Virus record (IMG/VR): IMGVR_UViG_3300025314_000058
Location: 1 to 37,529 of that record
Direction: 5' to 3' (one strand)
Source of the DNA: a virus
Lineage: Duplodnaviria > Caudoviricetes
DNA length: 37,529 bases
The notes beneath the pieces are model-generated. The model worked only from the letters and a program-made list of their open reading frames with translations. It did not search any database and was not told where the DNA came from. Positions 1-9,620 of this stretch are shown here, piece by piece. Made by a program: the position numbers and the translations under genes. Position 1 is the stretch's first letter. Each line of letters starts with the position of its first letter.

Positions 1-127
1 AGGAAATGAGGAAACAGTTGCAGGTGCAGATCCAGGTGAAGGTGTTTCCTATGCCGCAGCAGTTATTATTTCAAGAAAATATTTAGATATACCAATTATT
101 TATCATTCAAAAGTAGAATCTCCTCAA
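1..127. repeat. Terminal direct repeat, left copy (circular assembly overlap)
   Basis: 1-127 is identical to 37403-37529, and a reading frame runs through the junction. Confidence 0.95.
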
Positions 128-658
128 TTTGGATATGAACTTAATAATCTTGGATTCTATATCAAGAAAAAAACTGGTGAATTTCCTTTACTCGCTGTTG
201 AACGCAATATTGGTCAAGCAACTATTGAAAAACTTAGAGATCTTGGTTATCCTCTCGACAAACTATATAGACAAAAAACATTTGATCGAATTACGCAAAA
301 AATAGAAGAAAGAATAGGTTGGACTACTACCTCTGCTAATAGGCGTTTGATGTTGGATACTTTGGCAATGGTTATTCGTAATAAAGAATTAAAAATTTAT
401 GATAAAATATTTGTGTCTGAAATGCTTACTTTTGTTATCAATGAACGTTCTAACGAACCTCGTCCTGAAAGTGGTACGTTTTCAGATTTAATTATGGCAG
501 GAGCAATTGCTTATCAAATGCTTTCTGAATATCCAACACCAGCAGAATGGGCACCAAGATTAAAACCTGAGAATAAAAGATTCCTACCCAAAAAAGCTGA
601 AGGATTTATTGTAGAAAAATGGAATCCTAATGCTAATCGTGATTGGAGATCAGTTTAG
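2..658 (+). CDS. terL: Terminase large subunit, RNase H-like nuclease domain (3' part; gene starts at ATG 37377 across the circular junction, 227 aa in total)
   Basis: The frame is open from 2 to 658. Motifs VAGADPGEG, LAVERN, IGWTTTSANRRLMLD, SEMLTFV and FSDLIMAGAIA match TerL nuclease domains, and the gene lies directly upstream of the portal. Confidence 0.88.
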   Translation, partial: GNEETVAGADPGEGVSYAAAVIISRKYLDIPIIYHSKVESPQFGYELNNLGFYIKKKTGEFPLLAVERNIGQATIEKLRDLGYPLDKLYRQKTFDRITQKIEERIGWTTTSANRRLMLDTLAMVIRNKELKIYDKIFVSEMLTFVINERSNEPRPESGTFSDLIMAGAIAYQMLSEYPTPAEWAPRLKPENKRFLPKKAEGFIVEKWNPNANRDWRSV

Positions 659-661
659 ATA

Positions 662-690
662 TTGACTTTTAGATTTTTAAGTAATATATT
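662..690 (+). promoter_or_regulatory. Sigma70-type promoter upstream of portal
   Basis: TTGACT(662-667)-17 bp-TATATT(685-690). Confidence 0.55.
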
Positions 691-720
691 GTAAGTGAAT
701 GGAAATGAATATAAATTGTT

Positions 721-2751
721 ATGCCTACCCACGTTTATTCTCCACTTGATGAACACAAAGAAGGCGTAGGAGAAATCCGCGATTATTATACTATTGATGC
801 CTCGGATCAAGAACTTGTCAAAATGATTGATAAAAAAATAGAATCGGTAAGTAAGGAATATGAAAATTTTAGAAAAGAAGGAAAAAGAAACGAACGCTAT
901 TGGGCAAAAGATCAATTAGAAGGTTTAAATTTACGTTGGCATAATTCAAAAATAGTTCAAAACAGAATTTATATGTCGGTTGAGACAATGGTACCGATTA
1001 TTACATCTCGTCCTGCTGAGCCTGTAATTAGTATTCTTGATGGAGAAGATGATGATGAGCAATCAAAGCCTTTTGTAGATAAACTCCAAAAAGTTCTTCT
1101 TGATAAATATAACGATGAAGATTATCCGCAACAAGCATTATATGAAATGCTATCAAGGCATCTTCTTTTATATAAAATAGGAATAGGAAAGATTATTTGG
1201 GGTGAAGATTTGGATGATTTTATAATTGAATTTGTCCATCCTCATAAAATTATTATTGGTACAGACGGACATTATAATAACGATGTGTGGGTTGCTCAAT
1301 ATCTTGAAAAATCACTTAAAGATTTAATTAAAATGTTTCCTGATAAGGAAGATGATATTCTTGCCAATATTTTTCCAGGTACTTCTGTAAATCTTCAAGA
1401 ATATGGTTCAACGCCAATTGGATTTTATGAATATTGGAATGAGGATGGGAGTAATGTTATTTGGAAAATGCGGGATGTTATTTTACAGAAAAAATTAAAT
1501 CCTTATTTGGTATGGAAAGAAGATAAGACATTTGATAAAGAAGCTAATCATTTTGATTTTCCCCATAAACCTTTTATGTTTTTAAATTCTCAGAATTTGG
1601 GACGGTATATTTGGGATGACACTACGCCAATTTCACAAGGTATATCTTTGCAGGATGGAATAAATCTTATTCAACGAATTATAACTGATACCAGCAGAGA
1701 TCAAGGAATTTTAGTTGGTGCTCAAGAGTTAATAGATAGAGATGAATTATATAAATATACAGGAGCACCAGATGATAAATTGAGTGTTAAGGGTGGTGAT
1801 CCGACTCGTGCTATATATAGAGTACCACCTAAACAATTAGCTTCTCATGTCTTAGATGATTTAATACATCTTGAAAATTCTGCTGATAATGTTATAGGGA
1901 CTCATTCAACTACACGAGGGGAGAAATCAAAACAACCGACTTTAGGACAAGATATTCTATCAAAAGAATCTGATTATGGAAGAATTGATGCAATAGTTAG
2001 AGGAATTGAACGTGTTTCTTCTCAGATTTATAATTGGGAAATTCAAATGATGATGGTTAAATATAAGAAAGAACATTATGCAAAAGTACTTGGAGAAAAT
2101 AAAGGAACAGAACTTGAAAAGGAAATAAAAGATTATAATAAGCGTGGAATTAAATTGATTGTTAAATCTGGATCAACATTGCCAACTGATAAGATTTCAC
2201 AGCGTCAAGAAGCATTAGATTTAGCAAAGATGCAGAAAATTTCTGATCTTGATTTATTTAAGCGTATGGATTTTCCTAATCCAATGGAAATGGCAAAAAA
2301 TATTTATTTACAAAAGGTAGCTCCTGAAAAGTTATATCCTGATTTGGCTGTTGAAATACAAAAAGATCGAGAACAACAAAGTCAACAATTACCAAATGGT
2401 CAAGCTGTTGCGCCTATTGCTCCAATGGGACAATCAATGGAAGGACAGATTCCTCAAGAATCCCTTCAAGAACAACCTCAACAGCCAATGCAACAGCAAT
2501 TTGGCACACAACATACAGGAGTATTTTTACAAGGTGGAGAAGTTGCACCATTTGAAGGAATTGACCCCTCACAATATCAGGCTCATTTGACTGCTGAGTT
2601 TCAATTTTTAGCATCTGAACAGTTTTTACAACTTCCAGAAATAGTACAAACTAATTATGCAAAACATGTTTTGGCTGAACGACAAATGTTACAGCAGGGT
2701 TCGTCAGTTGAAGGACAAAATGTTGCGCCACAGGGAGGCGTAGTAATATGA
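721..2751 (+). CDS. Portal protein (podovirus/P22-like) with Gln/Pro-rich C-terminal extension
   Basis: 676 aa, first gene after terL. Contains NRIYMSVETMVPIITSRP, G.GKIIW, the HKPF...S motif and IVKSGSTLP.DK..QRQ, as seen in podoviral portals. Confidence 0.85.
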   Translation: MPTHVYSPLDEHKEGVGEIRDYYTIDASDQELVKMIDKKIESVSKEYENFRKEGKRNERYWAKDQLEGLNLRWHNSKIVQNRIYMSVETMVPIITSRPAEPVISILDGEDDDEQSKPFVDKLQKVLLDKYNDEDYPQQALYEMLSRHLLLYKIGIGKIIWGEDLDDFIIEFVHPHKIIIGTDGHYNNDVWVAQYLEKSLKDLIKMFPDKEDDILANIFPGTSVNLQEYGSTPIGFYEYWNEDGSNVIWKMRDVILQKKLNPYLVWKEDKTFDKEANHFDFPHKPFMFLNSQNLGRYIWDDTTPISQGISLQDGINLIQRIITDTSRDQGILVGAQELIDRDELYKYTGAPDDKLSVKGGDPTRAIYRVPPKQLASHVLDDLIHLENSADNVIGTHSTTRGEKSKQPTLGQDILSKESDYGRIDAIVRGIERVSSQIYNWEIQMMMVKYKKEHYAKVLGENKGTELEKEIKDYNKRGIKLIVKSGSTLPTDKISQRQEALDLAKMQKISDLDLFKRMDFPNPMEMAKNIYLQKVAPEKLYPDLAVEIQKDREQQSQQLPNGQAVAPIAPMGQSMEGQIPQESLQEQPQQPMQQQFGTQHTGVFLQGGEVAPFEGIDPSQYQAHLTAEFQFLASEQFLQLPEIVQTNYAKHVLAERQMLQQGSSVEGQNVAPQGGVVI

Positions 2752-2879
2752 TAGTTAAAAGTGGAGGTGGATATAAAGTGGTTTCTCATACAACTGGAAA
2801 AAATCTTGGTAAATCTTCTACTCTTGCGGCTGCAAAAAGAAGGCTTGCTCAAATACAATACTTTAAGAGTAAAGCATAA
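2748..2879 (+). CDS. Small basic protein (43 aa, MIVKSGGGYKVVSHTTGKNLG...AKRRLAQIQYFKSKA), not in ORF track
   Basis: ATGA overlap with the portal stop and TAATG overlap with the next gene; fills the gap exactly. Confidence 0.7.
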   Translation: MIVKSGGGYKVVSHTTGKNLGKSSTLAAAKRRLAQIQYFKSKA

Positions 2880-3097
2880 TGCCAACATATAACCAAGTCC
2901 AATTACAACGCGGAAAAGGATTAACGTTTGAGGAAATTGGTCTTCTTTTTGGTGTAACTAGACAAAGAATACATACTATTTTTACAGGTTATAGATTAAC
3001 AAATAAATATCGAGAAAAAAAGAGACACTTCGAACAACATCTTATTGGATCAAATCCTCGTAAACCATGTTTATTTTGTGAAAAAGAAAGGAATTAA
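2879..3097 (+). CDS. Sigma70 region-4-like helix-turn-helix protein with C-terminal H/C motif
   Basis: GLTFEEIGLLFGVTRQRIH is a canonical sigma4-type HTH; it also has HxxxH...CxxC. Confidence 0.7.
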   Translation: MPTYNQVQLQRGKGLTFEEIGLLFGVTRQRIHTIFTGYRLTNKYREKKRHFEQHLIGSNPRKPCLFCEKERN

Positions 3098-4014
3098 TGG
3101 CTAAATTTACAGTTTATGGATTACCAGGAGTATATAATTCAACACCTTTAACGCTTAACGATGAAGATGGTACTGCTTTGGCTGTTGATATTAATGGTCG
3201 GCTTATTCTTTCAGATACCGTATCACTATCTGTAGATTCAGAACTTCCAGCAGCAGCACTTCTTGCTGATAATACGACAAATCCGACTATAACCTCAGTT
3301 GGTGCATATCCACATTGGTTTGATGGTACGACTTGGGATAGGGCACAAGGAAGCTCAACAGATGGTCTTTTGGTTAATCTTGGAGTAAACAATGATGTTG
3401 TAGTTTCAGCAAGTGATCTTGATATAAGAAATATAGATGCCGCAACAGATGATATAAGCATTTATGGAGATGTAGGTATTCTGGATCAGCTTGATCTTAC
3501 TAATTCAAATCCCGCAGTAGTTGCAATAGTAGATGCTGATGGGACTCAGATTACCAGTTTTGGCGGAGGAACACAGTATGCCGTAGATGCGGCTTTAGGC
3601 GCAACTCCTACGGGAACTTTGGCAATTGCAATTAGAGATGATGCTTTATCTACGTTGACACCTGTTGAAGGGGATGCGATAGGCATAAGAGTTGATTCTC
3701 AAGGGGCATTATGGTCAAAGGCGGATCATGTAATAACTGGAATTGGACATGGTGTTAAAACAGTAACTACAGCAGGAACTGATGAGGCTTTGGCAACTTC
3801 AACAGCTTGTAAAAAAGTTATAATTCAAGCACAAACTGATAATACGGGATTAATTGCTATTGGAGCAAGTGGAGTTGATGCAACCGTAGCAACAGGTACA
3901 GGCTTAGGGTTAACAGTAGGCGATGTAGTTGTTCTACAAATTGATAATTTGGCTGATATTTATATAGATGCTACAGTAAATGGCGAAGGGGTTCGCTATA
4001 CTTATTTCACTTAA
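3097..4014 (+). CDS. Putative virion surface/decoration protein
   Basis: 305 aa, rich in Thr/Gly/Ala/Asp, beta-rich, with WFDGTTWDRA motif; lies in the head module. Confidence 0.5.
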   Translation: MAKFTVYGLPGVYNSTPLTLNDEDGTALAVDINGRLILSDTVSLSVDSELPAAALLADNTTNPTITSVGAYPHWFDGTTWDRAQGSSTDGLLVNLGVNNDVVVSASDLDIRNIDAATDDISIYGDVGILDQLDLTNSNPAVVAIVDADGTQITSFGGGTQYAVDAALGATPTGTLAIAIRDDALSTLTPVEGDAIGIRVDSQGALWSKADHVITGIGHGVKTVTTAGTDEALATSTACKKVIIQAQTDNTGLIAIGASGVDATVATGTGLGLTVGDVVVLQIDNLADIYIDATVNGEGVRYTYFT

Positions 4015-4038
4015 TTTTTAATAAAAATTTAAAAGTTA

Positions 4039-5280
4039 ATGAGTAAGAAAAATAAATTAAAGAAAATGATGGAATTATTAGACAAAAGAACAAGAACAAG
4101 CAAAACATACTTGTTAGAAACTTTATCTGATGGAAGAAAAAAATTTGTTTTAGATAGTTCAATAAATTCAATTCACTATAAAAACAGTCAAGATAAATGG
4201 AAGGACATTAATCTTTCTAAAAAGATATCAGATCAGGTTGGATTTGATTATTTAGTAGATGAAGCACCTTATAAGTTATATATTTCAGATAAAGGAGCAA
4301 GACGTTTTTATCCAGACAGAAATAAACCAGACTATTTAGAATTTGCAATTCCTTCATTCTTGAATAATAAAACAGGTATTTGGGATGGAAATAAACTTGT
4401 CTGGACAAATCCCAACTTTAATGTAAACATAATACTTGGGAATGATGGGGTAAAATTTCTTGCAGTTATTAAAAAACCAGTTTCTTTTGATAGTTTAAGT
4501 TTTCCAATTACTATAAGTAATATAAGTTTTTTAAAATATATTGGAAATTTAGAATATTGGGATACACCAACTGGAACAAGAAATATACCAATCATACGAA
4601 AACTTGATATATCTTATAGCAAAGGAATATTGACTTTAGGTTTTAATTTCACTGGTATGAATTTTCCTATAACTATTGATCCAACTTTAAATTTTCAAGT
4701 TGGAGCAAGTTTAGATGATACATATGTAAAGAATGCTACAGAGAGCAATAATCCTACCGCCGTAGACCTTTTTGTTGGGGAAGCTGGCGGGAATATTTAT
4801 GATTCTGGATACCGTTGGACAGGGATAACAATAGAGGATAATTCTACTATTGATGTTGCCTATATAAGTTTATATCTTGATTTTATTGATTCTAGTGGAA
4901 CTATAAAAACCATTATTTATTTTGAAGATGTATCATCTCCTGCTCAGTTTGATGGTGCTACTTGGGTGCCAGCTCGTACTAAAACTACAGCTAGTACAAC
5001 GTGGGATATAAATTCTGGCGCTCCCGAAACTCAAGGTGCATTTAATAATTCACCTAGCATCGTGTCTATTATTCAAGAATTAATAGACACATATACCTAT
5101 AGCAGTGGCGTAATGGCTTGTTTGCATCTTAATAATGCGAGTCCTGCTGGTAGATATATTATTTCAGATTCTTACGATGGAGTTCAAGCTAATGCTGCTA
5201 AATTACATATAGAATATACTACGGGAGTTCCACCAATAGACGCATTGAATAATTATATTGAAGCAGGATATACTGTTTAA
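4039..5280 (+). CDS. Two-domain putative virion/adhesion protein (N-terminal IHYK...W.DI domain; C-terminal DNRLRE/CBM-like jelly-roll)
   Basis: 413 aa; FPITIDPT linker, DDTYV...LFVG, AYISLY and terminal AKLHIEYT motifs. Confidence 0.5.
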   Translation: MSKKNKLKKMMELLDKRTRTSKTYLLETLSDGRKKFVLDSSINSIHYKNSQDKWKDINLSKKISDQVGFDYLVDEAPYKLYISDKGARRFYPDRNKPDYLEFAIPSFLNNKTGIWDGNKLVWTNPNFNVNIILGNDGVKFLAVIKKPVSFDSLSFPITISNISFLKYIGNLEYWDTPTGTRNIPIIRKLDISYSKGILTLGFNFTGMNFPITIDPTLNFQVGASLDDTYVKNATESNNPTAVDLFVGEAGGNIYDSGYRWTGITIEDNSTIDVAYISLYLDFIDSSGTIKTIIYFEDVSSPAQFDGATWVPARTKTTASTTWDINSGAPETQGAFNNSPSIVSIIQELIDTYTYSSGVMACLHLNNASPAGRYIISDSYDGVQANAAKLHIEYTTGVPPIDALNNYIEAGYTV

Positions 5281-5334
5281 TTTGTCAACCCCTTCATATT
5301 ATATTTCCTACTCTATATATTTACATTAAGCGGA

Positions 5335-5380
5335 AAGGTGTGAGCGCCTAGCTTTGCTAGGAAACGCACCTTAATTTTTT
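5335..5380 (+). terminator. Stem-loop followed by T tract (terminator-like) upstream of scaffold
   Basis: AAGGTGTG(5335-5342)/CGCACCTT(5365-5372) encloses CCTAGC-TTT-GCTAGG, then AATTTTTT. Confidence 0.5.
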
Positions 5381-5429
5381 ATATACGCCATTCAGTCCCC
5401 ACCAGACTGTCAAAAGCAGGTGCAAAAAT

Positions 5430-6170
5430 ATGGCAATAGACCCAACAGTAAATCCAGTCCCAGATGAACAATTAGATGAAAAATTGGGACAAGATTTAGA
5501 GCCTAAAATTGAGGAGAAAAAAGAAGAAGAACTAAAAGTTCCTTTTCACGAAGATCCTCAAGTTCAGGCGTACATTGAAAGACAAGTTGCAAAAAGGATC
5601 GGAGAAGGAAATCAGGCTTGGGAAGAAAGGCTGAATAGATTAGAAGAACGTTTAACAACATCTCAACAGCAACCTGATAAAGTAGTAAACATTGGTGGTT
5701 GGACACCTACTGATCCTTCTCAAGCTGAGATTGCAAAGGCAATCATAAGACAAGCAAAACAAGAAATTTCTGCTGAGTTTATGCAGATAGATGAAGAAAA
5801 CAAAAAAGTACAAGCAGCAGAAGATAAAAATTTTTCTGATTGGTTGGAAGAATTAAAAATAGTAGGTGTTTTAAAAACAGATGAAGATAAAACAAATTTT
5901 GCAAGATTAATAGTTGAGTATGATCTAAATGATAAAGAGAAATCAGTTGCTCTTTGGAATAAATTACAACAAACAACATTAGCTGCAAAAGAAGAAGGAT
6001 TGGAACAAGGAGAAAAAGATGGCATCAAAAAAGCGCAGGAAGCAAAGGTAGGTTCAGCAAGAAAAGGAACTGAGCAAGGAGAAAGACAAAGAACTTTTCA
6101 GCAAAGAAAATTAGAAGAACCAAGTTTTGATGCAATTTTGGAAAGAGAACTTAAAAGATTAGGGCAATAA
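5430..6170 (+). CDS. Scaffolding protein
   Basis: Acidic, helical/coiled-coil 246 aa immediately upstream of the capsid gene; contains VPFHEDP. Confidence 0.75.
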   Translation: MAIDPTVNPVPDEQLDEKLGQDLEPKIEEKKEEELKVPFHEDPQVQAYIERQVAKRIGEGNQAWEERLNRLEERLTTSQQQPDKVVNIGGWTPTDPSQAEIAKAIIRQAKQEISAEFMQIDEENKKVQAAEDKNFSDWLEELKIVGVLKTDEDKTNFARLIVEYDLNDKEKSVALWNKLQQTTLAAKEEGLEQGEKDGIKKAQEAKVGSARKGTEQGERQRTFQQRKLEEPSFDAILERELKRLGQ

Positions 6171-6173
6171 TAT

Positions 6174-7220
6174 ATGGCAACATTTGATGATTACATACAA
6201 TCTTTAACACTTCATAGTCTTGCACCAAAGGTAGCAGATGGTGTATTGGGCGGTAATTTTTTAACTCATAGACTTTTGATGAATTCAAAATCATACAATG
6301 GTGAGACCATGAAATTTGCTCATGCCTACAGAAAAAATACTTCTGGACAATGGTATGATGGAATGGATACTCTCTCAACAAGTAGAATTAATACAAGAGT
6401 TAGACTTTCTTTTGAACCTCGTTGGTTCTCACAATCAGTAGTTATAGCAGGAACTGATCTTGATGTTAATAGCACAAGAGCAGGAATTATTAAACTTCTA
6501 ACAACCGAAATGGAATGGTCGCAACAATCAATGGCTGATACAATTGGTAATGCTTTTTATACACTTCAGGCTGGCAAAGCTCCTCTTTCTGTTTTGGATA
6601 TAAGTGATGATGGTACTGATGTTGCTACATATGGTGGAGTTTCAAGAACAACTTACACTTCCTTAAATGGTCAAAGAAACGCATCAGGGGGAGTTATGAC
6701 TGTTTCACAATTAGCAACTCTTTTTGATGATTGTGCAGTTGGAACACTAAAACCAACATTGGCTGTTGGGTCTGAAGCTGTCTGGACTATTTATGAAGGA
6801 CTTTTACAACCAACGGTTCAAATGAATATTAATGTTACTGGTTATGCACAATCAACATACGATGGAATAGTCTCTTCAAAACAAGCACTTGGTGGGGATC
6901 TTGGTTTTGATTCGCTTTACTTTAGGGGAATACCAGTAGTTCGAGACGAAAAATCAGCAAGTCAAACATTTTTTATGTTTAATGAACCGACAATTGCTTG
7001 GTATTCTTTGCCATCAAGTAGATGGAATCAAGTAAATCTTGGTTCATCAACAATTGAAGGGCCTTATGCCAAAGGGCCGTCAACATCTTTTAAATTTTAT
7101 TGGTCAGGATTAAGAGAGCCTACAGCTCAAGATGCAGAAGTAGGATTCTTTAAAATTGGTGGACAACTTATTAGTCCAAATCCTAGATTGCAAGGACAAT
7201 TAACAGGAATTACAGGATAA
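6174..7220 (+). CDS. Major capsid protein (HK97 fold)
   Basis: 348 aa; PKVADGVL N-terminus, TYGGVSRT, LGFDSLYFRGIPVVRDE and GQLISPNPRLQGQLTGIT C-terminus are typical of phage MCPs. Confidence 0.9.
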   Translation: MATFDDYIQSLTLHSLAPKVADGVLGGNFLTHRLLMNSKSYNGETMKFAHAYRKNTSGQWYDGMDTLSTSRINTRVRLSFEPRWFSQSVVIAGTDLDVNSTRAGIIKLLTTEMEWSQQSMADTIGNAFYTLQAGKAPLSVLDISDDGTDVATYGGVSRTTYTSLNGQRNASGGVMTVSQLATLFDDCAVGTLKPTLAVGSEAVWTIYEGLLQPTVQMNINVTGYAQSTYDGIVSSKQALGGDLGFDSLYFRGIPVVRDEKSASQTFFMFNEPTIAWYSLPSSRWNQVNLGSSTIEGPYAKGPSTSFKFYWSGLREPTAQDAEVGFFKIGGQLISPNPRLQGQLTGITG

Positions 7221-7224
7221 AAAT

Positions 7225-7947
7225 ATGTCTACACTAACAGGTTTACCAGTATTATACGGAATTGACCCTTTTGACACTAAAACGGGTCAAGATCATCCAT
7301 TAGGTGCAATCGGGTATGATTCATTTAGCCGAAAATACAGATATGCACAAGTTGGAGGTTCAGCTTTGGTTAAAGGAAATCTTTTGCAAAGTCCCGCGCG
7401 AAGTACTAATTATACTGATATGGCAGTACAAGCAACAGCAGCAGCAAATGCTGAGAGTATAGAAGTTACATTAGGTGGTACTGCAACAACTGCAAACCAA
7501 TTTGTAGAAGGCACAATGGTTGTTTCAGTAACTCCTGGAATTGGACAAAATTTTACAGTTGAATCCCATGATGTAACTGCTGCATCAGGTACTTGCACAT
7601 TTGGTATTTTTGAGCGCGTCTTAACAGCTTTAACAACTTCTTCAAAAGTTACAGTTACAAAAAATCCTTATGATGGAGTGATTCAAAGTCCAACAAGCAG
7701 AACTGGTATTACTGTTGGAGTTGCTCTAACAGCAGCAGCAGCTTCAGATCATTGCTGGATTGGTGTTGAGGGTCAATTTGGAGTTCTTTCAGATATAACT
7801 GTGGCAGCAGTTGGAGAAGGACTTTCCCCATCTACAACAACGGCAGGTTGTGTTACAAAAGCAGTGACTTTACTTGAAAGAATTGGAACAGCAGGCATTT
7901 TAGGAGTATCGGCAGAAGTTCAGCCATGTTTCTTAAACTTGCCATAA
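7225..7947 (+). CDS. Capsid decoration/cement protein
   Basis: Follows the MCP; HPLG...KYRYAQ N-terminus, GVA...WI.V.G C-terminal motif, Thr/Ala/Gly-rich. Confidence 0.65.
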   Translation: MSTLTGLPVLYGIDPFDTKTGQDHPLGAIGYDSFSRKYRYAQVGGSALVKGNLLQSPARSTNYTDMAVQATAAANAESIEVTLGGTATTANQFVEGTMVVSVTPGIGQNFTVESHDVTAASGTCTFGIFERVLTALTTSSKVTVTKNPYDGVIQSPTSRTGITVGVALTAAAASDHCWIGVEGQFGVLSDITVAAVGEGLSPSTTTAGCVTKAVTLLERIGTAGILGVSAEVQPCFLNLP

Positions 7948-8005
7948 GGCTCATTGACGAGGTCTCTTGCAGACAAGGTTACTATTTCAGGATGAGCAAA
8001 GATTA

Positions 8006-8026
8006 GCCCTCTTTGTGAGGGTTTTT
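8006..8026 (+). terminator. Rho-independent terminator after the capsid/cement genes
   Basis: GCCCTC-TTTGT-GAGGGT followed by TTTT. Confidence 0.6.
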
Positions 8027-8034
8027 AAAAATAT

Positions 8035-9072
8035 ATGGGTAGAGCAAGCAAATATTTTTCACCAGTTGGAACATTTAAACATAAATGGTATCCAGATGAT
8101 ATAATAGATGGTAATACTCCTATTGAAGGTGGTAATGTTTGGTTTGTAGATGGAGATAAGTCAACAGGTGGTAGCGGCAAAAGCTGGGAGGATGCTTTTG
8201 GTGAAAGTGATTTTGATGGGAAATTATCCGATTTTCCTTCTACAATTGCGGCAGGGGATGTAATTTATGTTGCAGCTCGCACAATGGCTCAAACTGATAC
8301 TGACCCAACTAGCTATACCACTAATTTAACCATTGATATTCCCCAAGTATCTATTATTGGAGTTTCAAGAGGCAGGACTCAAGGTGGACTTCCCCAACTT
8401 AAAGTTGGTGGAACTACCACTCAAGCAATTATTACTATTGCTGCCCCAGGATGTTTAATTGCGAATCTTGGTATTAATGGATCAGGTGCAACAGGCGGAG
8501 GGATTTTGCTTGATGATGATGGTGGGGTGACAAATGCAGCTTTTGGTTGGACTATTGCAAATTGTCATTTCAAAAACTGTGTAGGGACTGATTCCACTGA
8601 TGCTGAAACTGGCGGAGCGATCCAATGGTCAGGCGATGGCGGAGCATGGCAGGGATTGGTTTCTGGTTGCAGATTCTACAAGAATGTGGGGGATATTGTA
8701 TTGCCTGATGGAGCATCAACAATTCCACAAGATATAGTTATTGAAAATTGTGAGTTTTCGGGGCCAGCTGCCAGCACTGATTGTAATATTTATACGGGTA
8801 CGAATGGGATAAATGGTCTTGTAATAAGAGATTGTACTTTTAGTGCCATGCCAAATATAACCTCTGGTGAAACAAAGAGATATGTTTCTTTAACTGGAAG
8901 CGTAGGTATTATGGCGAATTGTTATTTCGCTTCAATCGTTTCCCCAACTGGTTCACAAGTAACCTTTGCATCGGATGGTACAGGTGGTCTTGTTCCTGCG
9001 ACAGTATTTATAACTGGCTGTTATGGAGAAACTACAACTACAGCCGAAACAGGCGAGATATTCAGAACTTAA
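8035..9072 (+). CDS. Right-handed parallel beta-helix (pectin lyase-like) virion protein
   Basis: VWFVDGD...G.SWEDAF, GDVIYV and the repeated I.NC.F ladder (IANCHF, VSGCRF, IENCEF, IRDCTF, MANCYF). Confidence 0.75.
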   Translation: MGRASKYFSPVGTFKHKWYPDDIIDGNTPIEGGNVWFVDGDKSTGGSGKSWEDAFGESDFDGKLSDFPSTIAAGDVIYVAARTMAQTDTDPTSYTTNLTIDIPQVSIIGVSRGRTQGGLPQLKVGGTTTQAIITIAAPGCLIANLGINGSGATGGGILLDDDGGVTNAAFGWTIANCHFKNCVGTDSTDAETGGAIQWSGDGGAWQGLVSGCRFYKNVGDIVLPDGASTIPQDIVIENCEFSGPAASTDCNIYTGTNGINGLVIRDCTFSAMPNITSGETKRYVSLTGSVGIMANCYFASIVSPTGSQVTFASDGTGGLVPATVFITGCYGETTTTAETGEIFRT

Positions 9073-9091
9073 TTTAAAATAAAAATAAATT

Positions 9092-9322
9092 ATGGCTTAT
9101 ACCCATAAACTTTTAATAGAAATTATCGGAGTTTCAAATAAACAAATTAAGGCTGATTGCGAATTTAATGAAGATAATATAGCAACTTTTCAAATAACAG
9201 ATTATGGTACAGGTGGATTGAGTTTGGAACAAGCTGAATTATTAAGTAGATTTGTGGATTTAGGAAGAAGAATATTTAATACATTTGGAGATTTTACAAA
9301 AATAAAAATAAATAAAATTTAA
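9092..9322 (+). CDS. Hypothetical protein
   Basis: 76-aa ORF, co-oriented and tightly packed. Confidence 0.65.
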   Translation: MAYTHKLLIEIIGVSNKQIKADCEFNEDNIATFQITDYGTGGLSLEQAELLSRFVDLGRRIFNTFGDFTKIKINKI

Positions 9323-9325
9323 TAT

Positions 9326-9517
9326 ATGGCTAGAAAAAAGAAATATTTAGTTGACGAACCTTTACCAGAAGAAGCAGTTGACGAAGCTGAAACTCAAATT
9401 CCACAAACTTTAGTAAGATGTCCAGACTGTCCTTGGAAAAGAGGATTAATAGATGAAAAAACACTTTGTTCTAAATGTAAAGGTTCTGGAATGATATTAG
9501 CAGCAGCTTTAGAATAG
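9326..9517 (+). CDS. Small Zn-finger protein (CPDC...CSKCKGSG, DnaJ CRD-like)
   Basis: Two CxxC motifs, the second followed by xGxG. Confidence 0.65.
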   Translation: MARKKKYLVDEPLPEEAVDEAETQIPQTLVRCPDCPWKRGLIDEKTLCSKCKGSGMILAAALE

Positions 9518-9620
9518 TTGTCTTTTGAATGCTTAGGTCTATTGTCATAGGTTAATGCTCACATTTCCGTTCAAATTGACCTAAGCATTGAGAAGACAAT
9601 ATTCATATTAACCTATGCAA
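9518..9620 (+). ncRNA. Cis-regulatory RNA structure (long hairpin plus pseudoknot over the downstream start codon)
   Basis: 9518-9539 pairs with 9578-9599 (20/22 Watson-Crick plus one G-U). Loop 9546-9556 CATAGGTTAAT is the exact complement of 9607-9617 ATTAACCTATG. Confidence 0.6.

Noticed and set aside
1-127. 127-bp terminal repeat as a biological DTR
   Set aside because: It falls mid-gene and its length equals a common assembler k-mer size. It shows circularity or permutation, not the packaged ends.
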